NCBI GenBank assembly: GCA_030704615.1
Contig: CM060733.1
Span: 17,050,001-17,114,000 of the forward strand
DNA from: Takakia lepidozioides
Taxonomy: Eukaryota; Plantae; Bryophyta
Direction of reading: 5' to 3'
DNA length: 64,000 bases
A program made the position numbers and the translations under genes. This document shows positions 25,120-38,364 of the stretch, piece by piece. Every line of letters begins with the position of its first letter. Positions within the stretch are counted from its first letter, which is position 1. Below the pieces are notes generated by a model. The model was not told where the DNA came from and made no database searches. It saw only the letters and a list, made by a program, of their open reading frames with translations.

Positions 25120-25684
25120 TTGTGGGCCCTAGAGATACACCAGAAGCACAGGGATTTTCAGAAATGTCGAGAGGTAACGTTTTTGAGGCTGCAAGTTTTC
25201 CATCTTACATATTTTGATACTGTCCCTAGATGGTTCGAGTACGGCATAGAAATTGCAGTGCGGGGCTACAGTCCCGCTCTTGCATCTTAGCGGTTCTGTC
25301 CAACATGTGAAGCAGTTGGTCTTTGGATACAAGGTCAAGCAGGTGGCCAGGGAGAAGGTGATTGAATTGAAGAAAAGGTCCCCAGTTTTGACTCCAGCAT
25401 TTCATGAGCACTAAAAACTCCCTCTTGGAGACTTTCGAATTCACAACAGCAAACTTAGGTACTAGGGTTTTACCAGGAGAGAAAAGATGAAGGGCAGCTA
25501 AACAGAAGGTAGCAATAGTAACATCAGAGCATGTTTTTGTCAGGTCTACATCCACAATATAGTGATTTACTTTCTTGTAGTTTTCATAGTAAAATCCATC
25601 ATCCACGCAGACCTTGGCACAGAAAAGAGTACACTAAAATGTTGCTCTAACATTTGCTGCTTCATTATTGCAATGTATCTCATT

Positions 25685-28600
25685 TTAACTAGTGAAGCCT
25701 AAAGTTTCCTCCTCTGCAATTAACTGGCACAATGCACTATTTTTTGCTTCGACACTACCGAAGTACCGCCTTGTCCCATGACCTGCACAATGTCCAACTT
25801 GGTTGTTTATTGTCTATTGTGACCCGTTAGGTGATACAGAGCTCTGCAGACGGCCGCAAAAAAATTAGACATCTGCAAGACGTAGCAACCTCTATATCTT
25901 CTACTGTTGTAGTCCACAAAAATTAACCTTCTGCAAGTTCGAGTGAAATCCAATTTTTTTTTGGGGGGGGAGGGGAGGGGAGGAAGCACCAGGCAGAAGC
26001 CAAATGAAGTCAAGGGGGAGAAGGGCGCGTACACTCTCGATCTGTATCTTCACTGAATCCATTGTAACACCACATTAGAAGCAATGCAGGTGCGGGCATC
26101 TTGCATCATGCAATCCACTCACACAGTTGAAACCATACAGTCCTCATGCTCTAAACTCAGTTACATACTTTTTGTGACTCAAAAGGAGAGAAATTGTTTC
26201 ATATACATCCTTATGTAAATTTTTGAGGAATTAGTCATTCAAGCATTTTTTAGGGTTTGATTCTAAACACCCTAATAGGATTTCCGTGCAAAAGCAAAGG
26301 AACATACCACTCTGCTTGTTGAAGTGACGATTGATGGTCAAACACTGTTCATCCACTTGAAAACTACCACCCAAATGATCACCAGTAAATAGAGCTCTCC
26401 TTGGCTTGTACCATAGCGACACACATCCCTGCCAAGGAACAGTTGATTATCAGCCATCACCTTCACCTTGCCGATTCTATGTTGTACCTAACTATGAACT
26501 AACTTCAAGCCTGACCCCCATCCAGCTATCCACAAACAATCCACCCAAAAAGCACATCTTTGCAGATTCGACGTGAGCAACAAGAAAGTTGGCAGACACC
26601 TCTGTATGTCCAGGTGTTAAAATGAGGTCAATATCTGAGCCAAGGCTCCAGGGGCCATTTCCACGCAACAGCATTTCCATGTTGCCAGTATCTGCTTGAA
26701 CCTGCCAGCCACACATTCACACCAGACTTTTATCTGAGGTAGCCATAGTACCTGTATTACATAATAAAGTGTTTCAAGGCAGAGTCAACAAGCCATCTGC
26801 AATATCCCTTCCATTTAGAAATTTAAACACAGGGCCAGAAAGAGTCTCACATTAAGAATTTCTCCCACTTCCAAGCGTACAAACTATGGTACAAATTTGG
26901 TACAAATTTCCAATTGCCCATGTGAAGATAAGTGATGGGAGAGATATGGAAGCCATGCCCCACCCTCAGCTCTGATTCTGGACAAAGTTAAACATTGACG
27001 GTAGACCTTCCCAACACTGCTAATGACGTTTTCAAAAGATCACAGGCTCCAGGCTCTTGTCAAAATTCTGCCCAGCCCCTTCATGTTTTCTCAGAAAGTA
27101 GGACGTGCCAAAGCAAGCCTGAATTATAGTGCTGCCATCTTGTAGGTCTAACCCTCTGCAATGAGAGTGTTAACGCTTCACATCACCTGCACTCTCTAAA
27201 CCACATACTTTTTCACCGAGTTCTTTATGTTTGACAGCAGATGCTCAAACTCCCTTCCCTCAGGTAAGTTGCAGAAATGCTTACCTCAGCTTCATGATAA
27301 ATACGGTCACATTTGAAGTGTTCCTGCCATTGACTGTGATCCGCAATGTCATCTCTGCTTGCACACAAGAGAGCTTACTCAGGTTGCCCCAACATCAATG
27401 TTGCTTAGAAAGAGCACAGCATGCAACTCCAAGGTACGGTTCAGAGCATATACATACTTGTGTGTAAGAAACATGTAGCGCACTCCACCCATTCTATCGA
27501 ACTGTCGTGCCAAATTTTCCATATATCGCGGACTACACATCAAAGGTCACCATACTCTTTTATCAGCCACCATCCGGAACCTACATGCTTTCCATTTCCA
27601 TTTTCAGCTGTAGAAGCCAGCACAAAGGAAAGAAAATATCCCAAAACAGCTGCAGTCCTAAAGTGAGTTTTCTACATATTACAGACAACAGGCACCCACC
27701 AAGATAAGACTAGTGGAGAAAAGGGTGGGGGGGCAGGGGGCCTGAGAAGAGACCGACCTGTCCACAAGTATATTGCCATCTGGTCGGACAATAAAGTAGG
27801 AGGTTGCTGCAAATGACTTTTCAGAATGATAGCCACAGTGGTATACTCCCTATCCCCGTGTGGTGTCCAGACATTAACATAAGCCCACCATTCAATTATT
27901 TCCGTGTTCTATTCAAATCATACAAATATAGTTCTGATCCCAGGAAGAAAGGAAGCCATACAATTACTCATGGTCAGTAAGCACTTGTCCAATACATTTT
28001 CAAAATGTGCGAACAATTGTTATCTGTGCTAGAGGCCTTCCCTGTGCAAGATGCTGTACGAAATATGGCACCCAATTCTAAAGAAGTTGTCACAAATGTG
28101 CAGCAGGCCAGTCTATGCATTTCTGCCTGAGAGAGTAAATGCAGTCTGAAAAGTGTGTCGACAAGCAACCTCAATAGAGCAAAATAGCTAAGACCTACTA
28201 CCAACCGCATTCATGTATATTTGCATGAATGGTTGATAAACTATCATTACATACGTTCTACAGAAAGTAAAAACAGGGAACAACCGTCAGTAGGGAGCAG
28301 AAAATACCTCAAGAATGGCAGCATCAACAGGCAAAGGGAAGGTGGCATGCACATCCTTAATGTCAGATGGTGGTCGCACTGTGTGAATTGATGCTGTGGG
28401 ACATGCTAGCAATGCCTGCCATGATTACCATGAGGCACTTTGTCTTAGGACATCATCTGATGGTATCTGAAGTGGTTCTTGGTGTTTCAAGGCCTCTCCT
28501 TTTTCTCTTTCTTCAAAATATTGAGTCTGAGCCTAAAGCCCTGGCTCTGTTGGGGATCTAACTGTTGGGCAGATCCCACACAGCAGCTTCATGCTTGTGT

Positions 28601-30200
28601 GAACGGCTGTCTAGAGGAAATCCAGAAAGCCTAAACAAATCGTTTATATCACGGTAAGTTCCACTACTGGAGAGAGCCCCTAACAACAGTAATGTCTCTT
28701 CCTTTTGTTCCGACTGGCGCAGGGACTATGGCCACAAGGCTCCGGCAAACAAAGTCTTATAGGTACATTCTCTTTTCTCTCTCTCAGAAATGGTAGGGCA
28801 GCTTACCTTCACAAGGTGCACCACTTTTGGCCAGATTTCAAGTGCCTTATTTTTCTCATGCATTACTGTCTCCTAAGCTCTTTGTGCTTTTCATGGACAT
28901 TGTAAAGTTCATTTCATTCTTTTTTTCTCTCTTAATCATCAATGGTATCCTGTATGAAACGATGGTCTCCATGTCTGTCATAGCTAACCTATGCAAAATT
29001 ATCATCTAGTTAGGAATGTTTGTAGCCCCCGCCGTCAATGATCTTCATCAAATGAACAGAGGATTGTCGGCTCATAACGTGCTCTGTGCATTGTGCATTC
29101 TATTCGTATGCGTTCACGAAGAATAGGTACCTGCAATGCAGCAAGACGCTCCTCTTCTGAGGATGGCTGATGGTGCACAGCTGATTGATCATCTAACCTT
29201 TTATACACAGTCTGCAGTTGTGGACAGTTAGTTAGTCCAACAGAGGGATAAAAGCCTCATCTGTGTAAGTGCATCCAATGATCTGCAACCAACTGAAAAA
29301 CAGGGTGCCTGCAAATCAACGTACAGGAGCCATCCAGCGGCAAGTATTGCAGTCGATGCAAGTATGGTCTGTCCCACCCACAACCACACAACCACACAAA
29401 CGTCCACGTTATGCAGCTGTTTACTGTCTTAAACCAACCTGCAGTGCTCAGCTGTTCAGCATCTGTGCTGCATGTCCCTCCACAACAAGGAAAGGCAGTG
29501 GAGAGAGGTAAGAAACAACGGTGACTCTTCAATAAACCCCAGCAATGTGTCATGATACCAATGCACTTGACCGTAGCTACTGGTGGGCTGGAAGTGATAC
29601 TGGATGATCACTTCACAGTTTCGGCCGAAATTGGACTGTCACTGACAATTTTGTCAAGCATGAAACCTACAATTCAGCCATTAGAAACTAATTTGCACTC
29701 TGCATATGTCCAACCAGATTCAGCCTACCTGCCTAAAACAAGACCAGTATTGCAGATGTCCAGGTCACATTCAAGGAACTGCGAAATGCTGGCATCCACA
29801 CACTACCCAGCACCAGAAACCAAACGAATCTGTTTCGATCTGTGGACTTCTAGGATCTGGATAATGTTTGTAAAGCTGGCCACTCATACCACAAGCTTCA
29901 CAATAGCTCAACTTCTGAGTTGCCCTCTGACAAAGTCTCGTGCAAACTTTCCATGGGTCTACTCCTAGTTAGCCAACGTGAAATACAAAGGCAGGTAAAC
30001 AACAACCTACCCACGTAAAAATCGCCATCTACATTCTGCGGCCTTGGTGACCGAGGTGCAGTCTTTGTAGTGATGGCCCTTACAGACAGCCCTCGCACCC
30101 TTATCTCCTGCTGCTGCTGCCCCTGTTTCCTACCAAGGAGTTGCCGTCCCAGCCATACGAGCTGTGCTGCCCGGCTCTGTACCACTAAAGCCCGCTCCAT
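25685..30200 (-). CDS. Ferredoxin-like (CxxCxxC...CP) + metallo-beta-lactamase-fold protein with probable transit peptide (resembles Arabidopsis At4g33540 family)
   Basis: 11 GT-AG coding exons read by eye: [11 protein letters not shown] / [15 protein letters not shown] / SAVHHQP..ALQ / [11 protein letters not shown] / [25 protein letters not shown] / [14 protein letters not shown] / DDIADH / LTPGHTE / LFTGDH / LDFIWLLP / GHG..stop. Confidence 0.92.
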
Positions 30201-32043
30201 GCTGCAGGTCCTCAGCACTAGCGTCTCTCACAATGTCCCGACTGACTGCGAAAGAGAGATGACTTGTCAACATTGCAATTGCCTGGACATAGCCATACTC
30301 CTTGTATAACGTGTGCAACACACATGCAACCGAATCCAAATGCAACTGACGCAATTCAACACGGCTACATCTTCCCTACCACAACCTGACGAGAAAAATG
30401 GCTAGAGCTGACCCCACAAACATCCTGCCACACTGCTGGCTTTTGGTAATCAGTAAACGCTGCCCACCATCATCGATAATTCAGTACATAGCGTCCGAAG
30501 CACATACTCCTGCCTCAACTACGGTTCAACTAATCACGAAACGTTCAGCTTCCAAACTAGAAGGAGGGTCCAGTCTAATTCAACGTAACTTACAAACTCA
30601 TTCCATACCCATCCATATTTCAATCTTCAGAAAATCACAGAGAGACAGAGACAGAGAGACAGAGGGAGAGAGGGAGAGTCTAGCTTGCAATGTAAACGGG
30701 TGATCGACTTCGCCTCAGTCGCCAGAGCTTCTTGGGCCCACTTCTTCTCCTAAGTTGCCCACAACCGAATTCCCAAGTCTATATAGGAATGAGAGGGAGC
30801 AATAGTACGATACATCTCGCGCCTTGCCTTCCGCAAAGGACTCACCCATCGCCGATGTACCCAAAGGCAGGAAGGTGCCTAAGCAACTACACCACCTTCC
30901 AAGTTCTACATCGCGGCTCATGGACCCACTTGGTAGTCCATTTGGTTGCAGCTCTGAGTGACACTTGGGTGATCCAGAGTTCTAATCCTGGACGTATCCT
31001 GGCCCGAATCTGAAGTTGTGGGTGTTGTTGTCCATAGCTAATTATGAGAAAGCAAGGACAGTTGGCGATCTGGCAATCTGTTCCCATGACTGGAGCCCAA
31101 GGCAACAATTTCAACCTGCCATGCAGTAAGTGACCCAGTTGACTAGGTGGGATCCAGTCATCACACAGTGGACTGAAAAGCAAGGGAAAAAAAATAGGGA
31201 AAGAAAGAAGGGAAGAAAGGAAAGAAGTTTGTGTGTTTGAGAGGGACTCAGGACACGTGGAGGAGAAAGCTAAGAAGCCGTTGTGAGGGACAGACGGACA
31301 GCTATGGCGTGCTGCTGTACATACTACATACCGTGGCCCTCCCACTCTACCCACCCTTGCCGCTATACGCCTGCATCTTGCCCTGCGCCTGCACTCCGGG
31401 GCTTTCTCGCTGTCAGACTGCCTGTCTTCTCTCATCAATTGTGGGGCCTAAATGCGCCCAATGACCCTTGCTACCTGATGCTCTAGGGACTCGCGTCTGA
31501 AAGCTTTTGCCTTTGCTCCTTAGGAATTTGCAGAAGTGATCCTGTTGTTTTGGTGACCAGCAGGAGTGCAGTCCTGCTGCAGAAGACAAAGAGGAATTGG
31601 AGAAATCTGTTGGAGGATACTGAGCGCCACGTTTGTTTGAGACAGGCGTCTTGAAAGTTTGGTCATAGCGTGTATGGTAGAGACCGGTATTTTTGATAAC
31701 GCAGCCCCCAGTAGTTTCTGTTCACTTTCTTTGGTGGGTTTTATTTACTACGAATCAGGATGCCTGACATCTTACATCGTCAAGTGGTATCATCTCCTCG
31801 TATGCTCAGAGAGGTTTAATCGCTGAATACATTCTCCGAGGGTCGCAAGTAGGGCTTATCCCTTCAGTTCGGCAAAGACGTGCATCTATAGCAGAAGGAG
31901 AGCAAGGCATTGCTTGCTTCAAAACAATAGGCTTCTGATTCATCTCATAGAATAGAACGTTTATCCCATTGCAGTGTTGTGGGATTTGGAGGAAGTTTGT
32001 AATTAGGGACAAGATCTTTGAGGGTACGGGAAAGGCTGTAGCC

Positions 32044-35000
32044 ATGCCCGGCGAACTCATCAGTATTCAGCCCGGGGAGCTGACGTTTCCATGTAAGTTT
32101 TTCTTCTTGTGAGGAAACAAAGAGAGCAGTATTGCACATGAACATCATGTTGTAGGTAGCGCAGGGATGCGTTGGAATTCCAGTCAGCCTTTATTTTTTT
32201 CGTATGTTTAGAGATGCAAAGGAGTCTGGAAGGGTTCTTGGGTTGGTTCGATTTCTGTCTTATTAATGCTCGAATAGGACTGCAACAAGTTTACTGGGCA
32301 GATTGGAGCACGGTTAAACAGAATAATTTCTGTCAGCCATCCCCAGAAATTACCCCGTCTTGCTTATGCATTTGAATGGCTGGTGCTTCAAGTAGGTTGG
32401 AGATTTCTGGTTTCTGTTTATGCTGGCTTACGTCATCCATTAGCAGCTCTATTGGCCTTCAAAAAAATTGATTGCATCTCGAAAGAATGTTGAGAGAGCC
32501 TCAATGAAGAGCTATTACAGAGATTAATCGGTTGATGTAATGATTGAGGATATCTAACCGCCAGTGTTCAGCAAATCAGATTCATGCTACTGTGCATGGT
32601 GTGAACTTGCCCTCGGGAAGGAGCTAGTTTGTGCGGTGGACACCATAGGAGGTCCCTATTGGTGATCTGGCTGAAATGTATACAAAGTTTTTGGGGACGT
32701 CTGAGCAAAGTTCTTAGGGGGTGGCTCCAGCTAGTCATGTAAAATTGAGTGATTCCATCACTAATTAACCAAAATCGAGGCATCTGACACAGATAGCATA
32801 CAATGTTCATTTGCAGTGCTCTGTGCAATAGGTATGTGTCAAGAAGAAGTCATGGTTCTGTATAAAATACTTACCCTGGATACTTTCCTGGAGCAGTTGA
32901 GCTGAAAAAGCAGATATCTTGTTCACTGCGGCTTGTTAACACCTCTGACAGCTATGTGGCTTTCAAGGTTAGTGGCGCGCCCCCCCCACCACCCCCACCC
33001 CCACCCTGCAATCGGATTTGTGATCTTCAATGTCAACTTATGATTTAATTTTAGCAAGTGCGGAAATTTTCAAGCACAGTAGGTCCAGTTTTGACAGAGG
33101 TGCCCATGTGCCTTCATTTTGTGGGAGTTCAAAAATATGGGTTTTGCAACAAATTACTCAATTATAGTTTAGTAAGTTTGGTAAGTCTTACTACCAACGG
33201 CAGCCCCTGACAGAGGTAGGTTCTGTCCCTTTTGTTCCCGCTTAAACTGGGCGCAGGGTCAATGGCCACAAGGCTACGGCAAACAACGTCTTATGAGTAC
33301 AATTATAGTTTAGTAAAGCAACTTTTTATGCTTTGTGAATGACATGCATGAATTTTAAAGTTGATACTATTCCATGCAAAGTTCAAAAGCTATGCAGCAG
33401 CACCCCAAAGTAAATATTTAGTCAGATCATTCTAATTTAGTGAGCCAGCATCAGGTCAGCTAATGGGCCTGGTCAGTTGTCATGGGACCACTGATACATA
33501 AGCCTTGGAAGGCAGCATTCTAGAGAAGAATTAGAGCCTAGCTTCTGTAGATGCATCATTGTTTGTGGAGTAGATACCCTTGGAGTGCGACTCACAAGCA
33601 TATTGTTGTTGAAGATGTCTGTCAGTATGCAGAGTGAAAACCCTTTGCTTAGGCGTGTCACTCCTGTGGGTGCTTGTAACAGGTCAAAACTACTTCGCCG
33701 AAAAAGTATTGTGTGCGCCCCAACACTGGTGTTGTCCTGCCTCAAAGCAGTGCAGATGTCACTGGTATGTTCCTGCTCCGCAGTAGTGCATCTTCATGGT
33801 GATCCTGCTCAAAAATGTCAGAATATCTTTGATCGTATGGTGACTCCTCTGAAAAGGTTGATGGTGCTTCTCTTTTCAGTCACCATGCAAGCACAAAGGG
33901 AAGCTCCTCCAGATATGCAGTGCAAGGACAAGTTCTTAGTGCAGAGTGTGACAGCTCCCCACGGTACCTTGGCTAAAGATGTCTCACAGGATCTGGTAGG
34001 GAACCAACCTCTTCAACCTTTCTGCTGTAACTTGCTTCTATTTTTGGTACCTTGAATGGTGTAGCGTTTGGAACAGTCGAGTGAAGTGTGGAAGGGGTTG
34101 TTTGAGACAATGCTGATGGCTGCAGTTCACAAAAGAAGCAGGGAAGGAGGTTCATGATGCAAAATTGCGGGTGCTGTATGTGTCGCCACCACTACCACCC
34201 TCGCCAGTTCCAGAATCAGCAGAGGAGGGTTTATCACCAAAGGCTTTCTCCTCCATGGACAATGGCGATCGCCACTTTCAACCCCAAGATGCGGTAACCT
34301 GTGGCTTTATATCTAAACCCTTTGGATTAAGGTCAATGTAAACTGTGTTTGTCAAGTGTAGTCGTATATTAATCTCATCTCTGTGGTGCTGTATTGGGCT
34401 TTGCTTTTTTTGGCAACAGACAGCGAAAGATGTCAGCGAGTTGAAAGCCAAGCTAACTGAGGTTTGTAGCTGCTTCATTGTCTGACCGCTTCTTGTTCTT
34501 GAAGTTGTGTCCAAATTCAGCATATAGAGTGCATGTGAACCTTGATGGTAGTAAGATCAGGAGTTGATGTGTGAAGAACATATGTAAGAGTTGAAGGTAC
34601 CAGGTCTGCAAATCAGTGGCTGCTGTTTCTGCACAGAAAATATGGGCTGCTGAGGGGCTTGATTATTATCTGTCTACAGAACTTCATAGAGATTGACGTG
34701 TCTTAATTCTTAACATGGTCCTACAACAAAAGTAGGGGTCTAGAAAAGGTGCTGCAATCTAGGCTAGTTTGTTTGTTAAGTTTCAAATCACCTCATCTGG
34801 ATTGTTATCGACATGTTTGTGTGCAAACTTCATTGTATAAGTCGCTTTTAGAATGGTTATAATCAAGGTGCTTTCAGGTGTTGTGTTCCTAACATTGATT
34901 GGATGATAAGGTGTGATCACAAACTTGCGATTGTGTGACAGGCAAGGGCGGCATTAACTTCAGTGATGGAGGAGCGGAATGCAGCTGTTCAGCAAAGCCA

Positions 35001-35558
35001 TCGCCTTCAGCAAGAATTGGTTTGCCCCTTGGTCCTGCTGAGAGTTACAGTTTGTTTTGAGACTGCAAAAGAGCGACTCCATCTATCTAGCTTGAACACT
35101 CCGAGTGCATGAGTGAGGGAGAGAGAGATGATGCTGCCTTTGGTAGCATAAAGGAGCCGTCGGTGGGGTGCATGAGGTTACTTTACTGGAGTAACTTTTT
35201 GGTGGTAGTCTCATTACGTTTTCGGAGATTAAATTACGCATGCTTCATGGATTCCATGGAAACATAGGTTTTTAGCACCATGCAATTGGCTGGGTGGAAG
35301 CACTAGAATGAGTGGAGGGAGATGTGGATCACTTGTTGGATCACTTCGTTGGTTGTGTATACATGTGACCTGTATGTGTCATGGTGTCTGCAGATGAGCA
35401 CAGTGGCAGGGATGGAGAAGAGAAGTGGTGCAGTGGGCAAGGGCACCACCAGCCATGCTTTGAAGGCGAATCAAAAGCGTCAGTCTGGGTTTTCACTTTT
35501 GTTTGTGATTCTTGTTGCTGTTTTGTGCATGCTAGTAGGCTATCTACTTGGCGGATAG
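32044..35558 (+). CDS. VAP27: Vesicle-associated protein VAP27 (MSP domain, coiled coil, C-terminal TM)
   Basis: Exons ~32044-32092, 32897-32967, 33683-33764, 33880-33995, 34126-34292, 34420-34461, 34942-35019 and 35394-35558. Motifs ELTFPFELKKQISCSL, VAFKVKTTSPKKYCVRPNTG, TMQAQREAPPDMQCKDKFLVQ and a hydrophobic tail. Confidence 0.95.
33159..33316 (-). mobile_element. 124-bp retroposed insertion with 17-bp target-site duplication in a VAP27 intron
   Basis: caattatagtttagtaa at 33159-33175 and 33300-33316. The insert resembles ~28655-28759 in an intron of the metallo-hydrolase gene. Strand is inferred from a short repetitive tail. Confidence 0.7.
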
Positions 35559-38364
35559 GACAGAGTTGGGGCAGGGGGGGTGGGGGTGGGGGGGGAGTTG
35601 GGAGGGCGGGGGTTGCCTTTTGTGGTGCAGCCTGCAGCAACATGCCAGACACAGAGCAGGAGCTACCTTATGCTAGCATATCTGGAGTTTGGTCAATGGG
35701 TGCCTTGTGATGCCTCTTGCGAGGGCCGGTTTTCTTCAATCTACAATGTAGACGTAGGGTAGGGGCTATAAGTGCCTGTGCCAAGGAATTGTGCATGCAC
35801 TCTACAAGCTACTCGGCTGTGGGTTATTTGAGGCAGCTTTTGGTGAGCAAGTTAGGGATTGATCCTACTCAATTTAGGATGGAAATAAGTTGTTTTGATC
35901 ACAAAGTCAGAACAAGATGCCATTTATGCTCATTTTATGAAGCATTTGTAACCAGCTAAGCACTGTTTGATCTCTTCTTGGTGGTTAGATATGCAATGAG
36001 ATGCAGCTCAGGATTGTTTCATTTGCCATCTCATCCCTATCTTCATTAGTCATGTAGTCATATCCATGACTACCACTATGAGTGAGGTTATTGATGTATG
36101 GATCTCATGACTTGTCCCATCATATTGTAAACTCTTCTGTAATAAAGTGTGCCCATACCCACGTCACTTAACCTCCCAAGCATAACCAACTTCAGCTGAG
36201 GAGTAAAGATTCACATTTGAACTGCATTTGTGCACTGATGTGATTGGAACCAAGAAGTTGGGTCTAAAAGTGCATTTGCCTGAGGTGAACATTCATCTAA
36301 CTTCAAACATTCGATTCACTTCTTAGAGTTGTTTCGAAACAAAGGTAAGAATGGAGAAAGCCTTTGAGATTGCCAAGCATTTCACATCTAATGCACTGTG
36401 GAATGTCATCTGCCTGGCCCATTCCAATGCACAACACCATATCATGAGACCTGCTTGCACCCTGGATTGAAGAACAATAATGTTGTGATGTTACCACAAG
36501 CCACACCGACCAGAATCTCATGGATCACTTGGGGACATTGTATCATTTGCTTCTCATCAAGGAGGCAGATAGAGTGTGAGTGTGTGACTGTTTGAGGCAA
36601 AAGATATAAGAGCGAGCATGGCTCTTCCAGTTGATGTAGCAAAGCATCACTTTGTCAACAATTGACGTAATATCAACTTTACGTAGTATTATGATTTGGG
36701 TTATAGATATGAACTTAACAACGTCCAGCCTGTGAAACAATGTTGAGATATTTGAGAAGAAACGGAAAGAAGATTGTGTTGAAGACATGTCTGCGAGCTT
36801 CTCGATTCTCAGAGAATGTATCTCCAAGCATATGCTCGTACGCCCATGTGTGCCCTTCAGTGTAGCCAGGTGAATTATTTGCGCGGGATTTCCGCCCACA
36901 ATTGGTGAGCACAACCTCTGGATTCATGTACAAAATGATGTCCTCCTACAGACAGACCATCATCGTCTTCAGCAGCGGCAGCAGATGAAGGATCGGCAAG
37001 GCGGAGCTAAGCTCACACGTTCGCGAATTTCATGGGGACCCGCCTAAAGTGAGTTGCGGTGATCAAGTGCACCTCATCATCCTCTTCTATGGCTTGGCAC
37101 AGCTCTCTAATGTCCGCTCTATTGCACCTTCTTCAGGACTCTTCTTCTTCCTCTTCCTCATGTCTTCTTCAACAGCAAGTTCCTCTTCTTCTCTTAACAA
37201 ATTATGCAGCACTGTACCCCGAAAGCTGCCAAACATTATACTCTGTACTTAGCCAGGGAGTGATTTGAACAACAAACAAAGATGGAGTGACTAAAGGATC
37301 ATTTTATTGGAAGCCTCCTGCTACAATTCAATTCTCGAGATGATTTGCAGTAGTGAAATTTTCTGATCTTACGATCTAGACAACAAGGAGGGTAATAATA
37401 ATCTGAACTGAAGAATCTGAACCTGACTTCGGATGCGATCAACAAATCTAGATTAGATTAATTTGTCAGCCAGACCTTGTCGTATAACAAAAAGCCGGGT
37501 CTTACAATGCTTGAGTGAATGGATCTTTCACTGCACTGTTTCTCCTCACGATTAGTGTTGGGAATGCTTCCGGATCCGTGCAGAGGTGGGCCCTCCGAGT
37601 CACAATCGGTGGAAGCATCACACTTCCGTTATGTCTTCTACGAAAAAAGCATCATAAAGTATCAGGAGAGAATCTTATCGACGAACTCCAGACCGAATCC
37701 GTCCGAAAGATGCCGAGGAGAAGGTTTGGGTGGCACTCCTGCTTTCTTCGATTGCTTTGTCCAGCGGTGCGTGACAAACCGGGTTTCTGCGGAGTGCAAC
37801 AATGGAAGTGTCTTGAATAAGACCGGAGATGGATTACAGATAGCGAGGTACTTTTCATGGGTGAGCCACAGATGGTGACGAACTTATTTCCATTGCTCTC
37901 ATATCTGCTCTGTTTGAGTTCAATTGAGCTGATGCATGGAAGCTGATGAAAATGCACGCATCCTGGATTTCCCTGTAAAGCTGTCCTACTTAAGCCTAGA
38001 TAGTGAAAGAAATTCCATGGGAGCAAGAACCGAGAAAGCAATACGCTGACACTGGGTAATTGTGTGATCGGTGGGTTATTCACTGCCGGGCGCATTGTCA
38101 GTGTAATTTGTGGTTGCAGCATATAGACTCAGGGGTTGGGGTTTAGGGTTCAGAGTGCACACTTCTCACAAAGGGTTATGATTCCACCTGATATGCCCTG
38201 CCATTCTAGTGAAGGTTGTGAAAGTATTATGTTTAGCTCCATCGTGAAGGCATCACAGGTGATGCTTTGTTGTTAAAGCTGGTTTTCGGCCATCATTCGC
38301 TGAAAGAATCGTTCTTCTCAAGCTAGAGGAATGATTCCTGTGGAAAGTTCCTAAGCTGGCTATT

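Noticed and set aside
25226-25606. 126-aa ORF between COX16 and the metallo-hydrolase gene
   Set aside because: Lies in the convergent 3' UTR region, has no recognisable motif, and the frame does not appear preserved in the duplicate.
38131-38150. Interstitial telomere repeat (ggggtttagggtt)
   Set aside because: Fewer than two perfect units. At most a telo-box-like motif.
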